This document shows positions 59,473 through 64,000 of a stretch of DNA of 64,000 nt, piece by piece. A program made the position numbers and the translations under genes. Each line of letters begins with the position of its first letter. Positions within the stretch are counted from its first letter, which is position 1. This DNA is from an uncultured Oscillospiraceae bacterium (lineage in GTDB: Bacteria > Bacillota > Clostridia > UBA1212 > UBA1255), in NCBI GenBank assembly GCA_902472555.1, contig CABROF010000001.1, forward strand, positions 32,025-96,024, given 5' to 3'. Under the pieces are notes generated by a model. It worked only from the letters and a program-made list of their open reading frames with translations, made no database searches and was not told the DNA's origin.

Positions 59473-60387
59473 TTATGTTTCCTCAAACAGCGCCTGCACA
59501 TAATCTGCCGCAACAAACGGCTGCATATCATCGATGCCTTCTCCAACACCCACTAACCGGACGGGTATTTTCAGATCATTGCATATGGATACGATAATAC
59601 CGCCCTTTGCCGTTCCGTCAAGCTTTGTCAGAATAATTCCCGTCAGATTTGCTACCTCGGAAAAAGCCTTTGCCTGGCTGACCGCATTTTGTCCGGTGGT
59701 TGCATCCAGCACCAAAAAGGTTTCCCGCTTCACCTGCGGAAGCTCACGTTCCGCCACTCTGGCCATCTTGGCCAATTCTTCCATTAGATTTTTCTTATTA
59801 TGCAGCCGGCCTGCGGTATCACAGATCAGAACATCATATTTTCGGGCAGAAAAAGACTTGCAAGCATCAAATAAAACAGCCGCCGGGTCTGAACCCTCTC
59901 CCTGCCGCACCATCTCCGTACCGCTGCGCTGTGCCCAAATTCCCAGCTGATCAATTGCCGCTGCACGGAATGTATCTCCGGCGGCCAGCAGCACCTTTTT
60001 GCCCGCGGATCGATACAGGTGGGCCATTTTACCGATGGAAGTTGTTTTTCCCACTCCGTTTACGCCAATGACCGTAATCACCGCCGGGGTATCCTCCACA
60101 TCCAGCCCCTGCCGGCCCACTGTCAGCAGTCCGGCAATTTCTTCCTGCAGAAACAGCCGGACCATACCGGGATCCGTTGTCTTCTGCTCTTTGACACGTC
60201 TGCGCAGATTCTCAAGAATCACTTCTGTTGTCTGCACGCCGAAGTCGGATGAGATCAGAATATCCTCAAGCTCATCAAAAAGATCCTCATCCACTTTACC
60301 GAACCCGGCCAGGATAGAATCTACCTTTCCCATAAAACTTTCCTTTGTTTTCTTCAGCCCTGATTTCAGTTTATCAAAAAAACCCAT
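59473..60387 (-). CDS. ftsY: Signal recognition particle receptor FtsY.
   Basis: MGFFDKLKSGLKKTKESF ... VIGVNGVGKTTSIGKMA ... DTAGRLHN. Confidence 0.9.
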   Translation of the reverse strand: MGFFDKLKSGLKKTKESFMGKVDSILAGFGKVDEDLFDELEDILISSDFGVQTTEVILENLRRRVKEQKTTDPGMVRLFLQEEIAGLLTVGRQGLDVEDTPAVITVIGVNGVGKTTSIGKMAHLYRSAGKKVLLAAGDTFRAAAIDQLGIWAQRSGTEMVRQGEGSDPAAVLFDACKSFSARKYDVLICDTAGRLHNKKNLMEELAKMARVAERELPQVKRETFLVLDATTGQNAVSQAKAFSEVANLTGIILTKLDGTAKGGIIVSICNDLKIPVRLVGVGEGIDDMQPFVAADYVQALFEET

Positions 60388-60388
60388 T

Positions 60389-63300
60389 TTATGATTGCTC
60401 CTTCTCTATTTTCAGCGACAGCACCCTTGAGATTCCCTTTTCCTCCATGGTTACGCCGTAAAGCGCATCCGCTGTTTCCATGGTACCCTTTCTGTGCGTC
60501 ACCATAATAAATTGCATATTGCCCACATTTTTTCTAAGATAATCTGCCAGTCGATAAACGTTCGCATCATCCAGCGCCGCTTCGATTTCATCCAGCAGAC
60601 AAAAAGGAGACGGACGCATGCGTAAAATGCCGAACAACAGCGCGATGGCTGTCAGCGCACGCTCTCCGCCCGACAGCAGCAGCATGTTCTGCAGCTTTTT
60701 TCCCGGAGGCTGCACCTGAATTTCAATTCCGCATTCTAGAACATCCTCGCCTTCCGCCAATACGATATCCGCTCTGCCGCCTCCGAATAATTCACGGAAC
60801 ACATTCTGAAAATTGGAACGGATCACTGCAAATTGCTCCGTAAACTGCCTGCGCATAACGCCGGTTACTTCAACGATCACTTTGTGCAGCTTATCTCTGG
60901 CCTCTTCCATATCATCACGCTGCGCCGCCATAAAATCCCGGCGTTTTACAGTCTCCTCCAGCTCCTCGATGGCATTGACATTAATCGGTCCGAGCTGCTT
61001 AATTGCAGTGCGCAGCTCATTGATCCGCTTTGTACACGCTGCATAATTCTCCACGGGCTTTCCGTCCGTTAATGCATATGCACTGCCGTATGTCAGCTCA
61101 TATTCTTCCCATAGTCTGTTTTTATACGTCTCCATCTCGCTTTCGATTTTCGTCCTTCGGATGTTCAGCTTGCCGGTCTGCTCCCGAATACCGGCAAGCT
61201 GCTCATTGATAACAGTCAGCTTTTCCATCATGCCTGACAGTGCGTCTTCCATTTCCTGCTTTTCCGCGGCTAAACTTTCGTATGCAGCCAACTCGCCGAG
61301 CTTTCTCTCCTCCTGTGCTTTGATCTGCGCTTCATACCCTGCGTTTTCTGCAGCAAGCGCTGCGGAAGTCTGCTCATTTTCCGCAATCTGCGCCAAAACA
61401 TACGTTTTGCGTTCCGCATTTGTTTCAATTGCCGCGCGGTGCCGCTGCTGCTGCTCAGTCAGCTGTTGCACCGCATTGCGCAGCTCCGCTTCCTGAAGCT
61501 GCTGTTCCATCAGCCTTTGGTTCAGATAATCTCTGGTTCGTTCATTCGCTCGGATCTGTTCCTCCGCAGATCCAAGGGCTTTCTGGGTACGGTTCATTTC
61601 CGTTTCCAGCTCAGTCGCCGCCTGCTCGAACTCCGCAATTGCCTCCCGGTACTGGGCTATATATGCATCCTGCCCCGCAAGCTCCTCTTCCAGCTGCGCA
61701 TATCTGCGCTCTCCGCCGGCTTTTTGTTCCCGCAGGCCTGCGCAGCGGGAGGACAGTGTGCCGGCCTGCACCTCAAGCCGCCGTACCGTTTCTAAAGCAG
61801 AAGCCTGCGTTTGTTCCAGCTCCGTAAGACGCCGCCGGCCTTGTTCCTGCCGCTGCTTTGCCTGTTCCATGCGTTTATGCACTGTCTGAAGATCCTGTTC
61901 TAAAGAGGGAATCTCTCTGGTCCTGGATAATGCGCCGCCCATCCGTTTTCCCGTATCGCTGCTGCCGCCTGTAATCGCACCGGAGGTTCGTAAAATATCC
62001 CCCTCTATCGTAACGCATACAAAACTGTAGCGGAAGCGGCGCGCGGCAGCCACAGCGCTGTCCAGCGTTTCAAAAACAGCCACTCTTCCTAATAAATTTG
62101 TAACAATATTATCGTACCTGTTATCATATGCAACAAGTTCACAGGCAATGCCCGCAAAACCCTTCATTGCAGATAGTTCTCTTACCACGGAAATTTCCAT
62201 TTTGCGGCCTGAAACAGCGGAAATCGGCAAAAACGTCGCTCTGCCCAAATGCCGCTGCTTTAAATAATCAATTGCAGCCTTTGCTTCATTTTCCGATTCC
62301 GTCACGATATTCTGATAGGCGGCTCCCAACGCTGTTTCTACCGCTATCTCATATTCTGCCGGTACGATAATAATCTGCGCAACAGCGCCGTGTATTCCAC
62401 TGCCGAAGGCCGGATTTTCTTTGCAAAGCGTAAGCACTTCCTTCACGCTTTTCGCATAGCCTTCAAAATCCGCTTCCATTTCACGCAGCAGTCTGAGCCT
62501 TGCCGACTTACTCTGATATTCTCCAACACAGGAATTATAAACTACAGTATATTCTTCGATTTTCTTTTTTTGCAGAAGCATTTCTTCATCTGCGCCGCCG
62601 AGCGCTCCTTGTGCCTGTTTTAGAGAAAGAACCGTCTCAGCATAGGACGCCTCAGCCTGTTTCAGCGCCTCTTCCGATATTCCTGCGTTCTCCCGGAGTC
62701 TGCCAAGCTCCGCTGCGAGCTCCGCTTTTCGCCGTAAAATCAGCTCGATATTGCCCGATAAAGCATCTGCGGAACTTTTTTTTTGACTGTATGCAACTTT
62801 CTGTTCCATTAGAGTTTCACGGATCTGTTCGGCAGAATCACCGGATTGCCGCATAAGGCGCACAGCTTCCTCCAACTCATACGCTGTCTGCTGCCGATTC
62901 TGCGCGCTTTCCGAAAGAAGCAGGCGGCGGGATTGGATCTGTTCCTCTGCCTCCTGAATCTGCCGTGCAAACTGCGCGTTCTGTGTCTCTCTGATTTTCT
63001 GCTCCTCCGCAATCCGAATACTCTGCTCTGTGGTATGTGCAATCCGTTCCTGATTTAATGTAATTGCCGCGCGGAGGCGCTCAATCGTCTTATCAAGCTC
63101 ATGTTCGCGTTCTGCCGCAGCTGTCAGCCGCTCCTGAAGTAATCGGCTCCGCTCTGTTTTATCGACGTTCTCCTGCTTAATATCTTCTATTATATGTTCT
63201 TTTTCCGCAGCCTCTTGATCCAGAATTGCCATCTGTTCCTGCAGTTCTGCGGCTTTCTCATCCGCCCGGCGGATTCCGTCTGCCAGAACGCCTACTTCGA

Positions 63301-63973
63301 TATCCCGCAGTTCATATTTATATTCCAGATACTGCTTTGCCGTGCCGGCCTGTTTTTCCAGCGGTGCAACCTGATACTCCAGCTCGGATACGATATCCTG
63401 AATCCGCAGCAGATTTTGCTCCGCCGCAGCTAGCTTCCGCTCACTTTCCTGCTTGCGCATACGATATTTCATAATACCGGAAGCATCTTCAAAGATACTG
63501 CGCCGGTCTTCAGACCGGCTGTTCAGTACTTCGTCTACTTTTCCCTGTCCGATAATGGAATACCCGTCTTTCCCGATTCCCGTATCGGCAAATAATAAAT
63601 GGATATCCTTCAGACGGCATGCGGTTCCGTTAATCAGATATTCGCTTTCTCCCGAACGGTACAGTCTTCGTGTTACCCGCACCTCTTCATAATCTATATG
63701 GAGAACGCCGTCACTGTTATCCATAATAATAGAAACCTCTGCGACGCCTACGGCACGCCGGTTTTCTGTACCGGCAAAAATCACATCCTCCATTTTGCCG
63801 CCTCGCAGACTTTTTGGGCTCTGTTCTCCTAAAACCCATTTTACCGCATCGGAAATATTGCTTTTACCGCTGCCGTTCGGGCCTACGATTGCAGTGATTC
63901 CTCTGTCAAACTCTAAAATTGTTTTATCCACAAAGGATTTAAATCCCTGCATTTCAAGCCGCTTTAAATACAA
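60389..63973 (-). CDS. smc: Chromosome partition protein SMC.
   Basis: MYLKRLEMQGFKSFVDKTILEFDRGITAIVGPNGSGKSNISDAV (Walker A). Long coiled coils. C-terminal LSGGERALTAIALLF ... LLDEIEAALD (signature and Walker B). Confidence 0.9.
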   Translation of the reverse strand: MYLKRLEMQGFKSFVDKTILEFDRGITAIVGPNGSGKSNISDAVKWVLGEQSPKSLRGGKMEDVIFAGTENRRAVGVAEVSIIMDNSDGVLHIDYEEVRVTRRLYRSGESEYLINGTACRLKDIHLLFADTGIGKDGYSIIGQGKVDEVLNSRSEDRRSIFEDASGIMKYRMRKQESERKLAAAEQNLLRIQDIVSELEYQVAPLEKQAGTAKQYLEYKYELRDIEVGVLADGIRRADEKAAELQEQMAILDQEAAEKEHIIEDIKQENVDKTERSRLLQERLTAAAEREHELDKTIERLRAAITLNQERIAHTTEQSIRIAEEQKIRETQNAQFARQIQEAEEQIQSRRLLLSESAQNRQQTAYELEEAVRLMRQSGDSAEQIRETLMEQKVAYSQKKSSADALSGNIELILRRKAELAAELGRLRENAGISEEALKQAEASYAETVLSLKQAQGALGGADEEMLLQKKKIEEYTVVYNSCVGEYQSKSARLRLLREMEADFEGYAKSVKEVLTLCKENPAFGSGIHGAVAQIIIVPAEYEIAVETALGAAYQNIVTESENEAKAAIDYLKQRHLGRATFLPISAVSGRKMEISVVRELSAMKGFAGIACELVAYDNRYDNIVTNLLGRVAVFETLDSAVAAARRFRYSFVCVTIEGDILRTSGAITGGSSDTGKRMGGALSRTREIPSLEQDLQTVHKRMEQAKQRQEQGRRRLTELEQTQASALETVRRLEVQAGTLSSRCAGLREQKAGGERRYAQLEEELAGQDAYIAQYREAIAEFEQAATELETEMNRTQKALGSAEEQIRANERTRDYLNQRLMEQQLQEAELRNAVQQLTEQQQRHRAAIETNAERKTYVLAQIAENEQTSAALAAENAGYEAQIKAQEERKLGELAAYESLAAEKQEMEDALSGMMEKLTVINEQLAGIREQTGKLNIRRTKIESEMETYKNRLWEEYELTYGSAYALTDGKPVENYAACTKRINELRTAIKQLGPINVNAIEELEETVKRRDFMAAQRDDMEEARDKLHKVIVEVTGVMRRQFTEQFAVIRSNFQNVFRELFGGGRADIVLAEGEDVLECGIEIQVQPPGKKLQNMLLLSGGERALTAIALLFGILRMRPSPFCLLDEIEAALDDANVYRLADYLRKNVGNMQFIMVTHRKGTMETADALYGVTMEEKGISRVLSLKIEKEQS

Positions 63974-64000
63974 ATAAACACCCCTTGCCCGTCTCCCGCG

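Noticed and set aside
60813-63474. Numerous 77 to 135-aa plus-strand ORFs inside smc (for example 61161..61496 and 61420..61827).
   Set aside because: They are antisense to a long coiled-coil gene. Reverse-strand reading of GAG/CAG/GCC-rich coiled-coil codons gives open but meaningless Ala/Ser/Cys-rich frames.
1-64000. Searched for CRISPR arrays, rRNA, integrases, restriction-modification or other defence genes, and long direct repeats.
   Set aside because: None seen. The only short tandem repeats encode Pro/Thr-rich protein linkers. The only mobile-element trace is the IS481 stub at 31760..32065.

Overview
This 64 kb window reads as a chromosomal segment from a Firmicutes (Clostridia-like) genome, about 50% GC, with a few AT-rich patches. 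The calls rest on reading the six-frame ORF translations for family-defining motifs and on manual inspection of intergenic DNA. No similarity search was possible, so family names are motif-level inferences, and start coordinates for overlapping or extended ORFs are approximate by a base or two.

Housekeeping content:
- The classic minus-strand operon smc-ftsY-ylxM-ffh-rpsP-KH-rimM-trmD, here with TrmD translationally fused to a NifS-type cysteine desulfurase, followed by thiI (60389..63973 down to 53302).
- pssA-psd-fhs (37597..40800).
- pdxS (frameshifted) and pdxT, divergent from a MocR/GntR regulator that is probably PdxR (14195..17209).
- deoC, rubrerythrin, a Fur-family regulator and tRNA-Pro(CGG).

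Accessory content:
- Two right-handed beta-helix (pectate-lyase superfamily) lipoproteins plus a partial third lipoprotein, next to an AraC regulator (1..4557).
- A two-component system, a DedA protein and two GT4 glycosyltransferases on one strand (4602..9611).
- A low-GC glycosyltransferase island (11838..14086).
- A 9 kb block of secreted proteins: a CotH-family protein with two lamin-tail domains, two tandem paralogous surface proteins, a PHP-domain phosphoesterase with a LamG domain, and a TIM-barrel hydrolase with discoidin domains (18884..28179).
- A MerR regulator next to a MerR-type promoter driving an amine-dehydrogenase-like gene (28456..30566).
- An IS481-family transposase fragment and other decayed reading frames beside the tRNA (31760..32500).
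- The uncharacterised three-gene set of circularly permuted ATP-grasp, Alpha-E and transglutaminase-like proteins (32882..35692).
- galT with a GH2 hydrolase (48561..51870), and GH43-like and GH123/DUF4091-like proteins.

No CRISPR array, rRNA or intact mobile element was seen. The best candidates for an undescribed system are the ATP-grasp/Alpha-E/transglutaminase operon beside tRNA-Pro and the CotH/LTD-centred secreted cluster.
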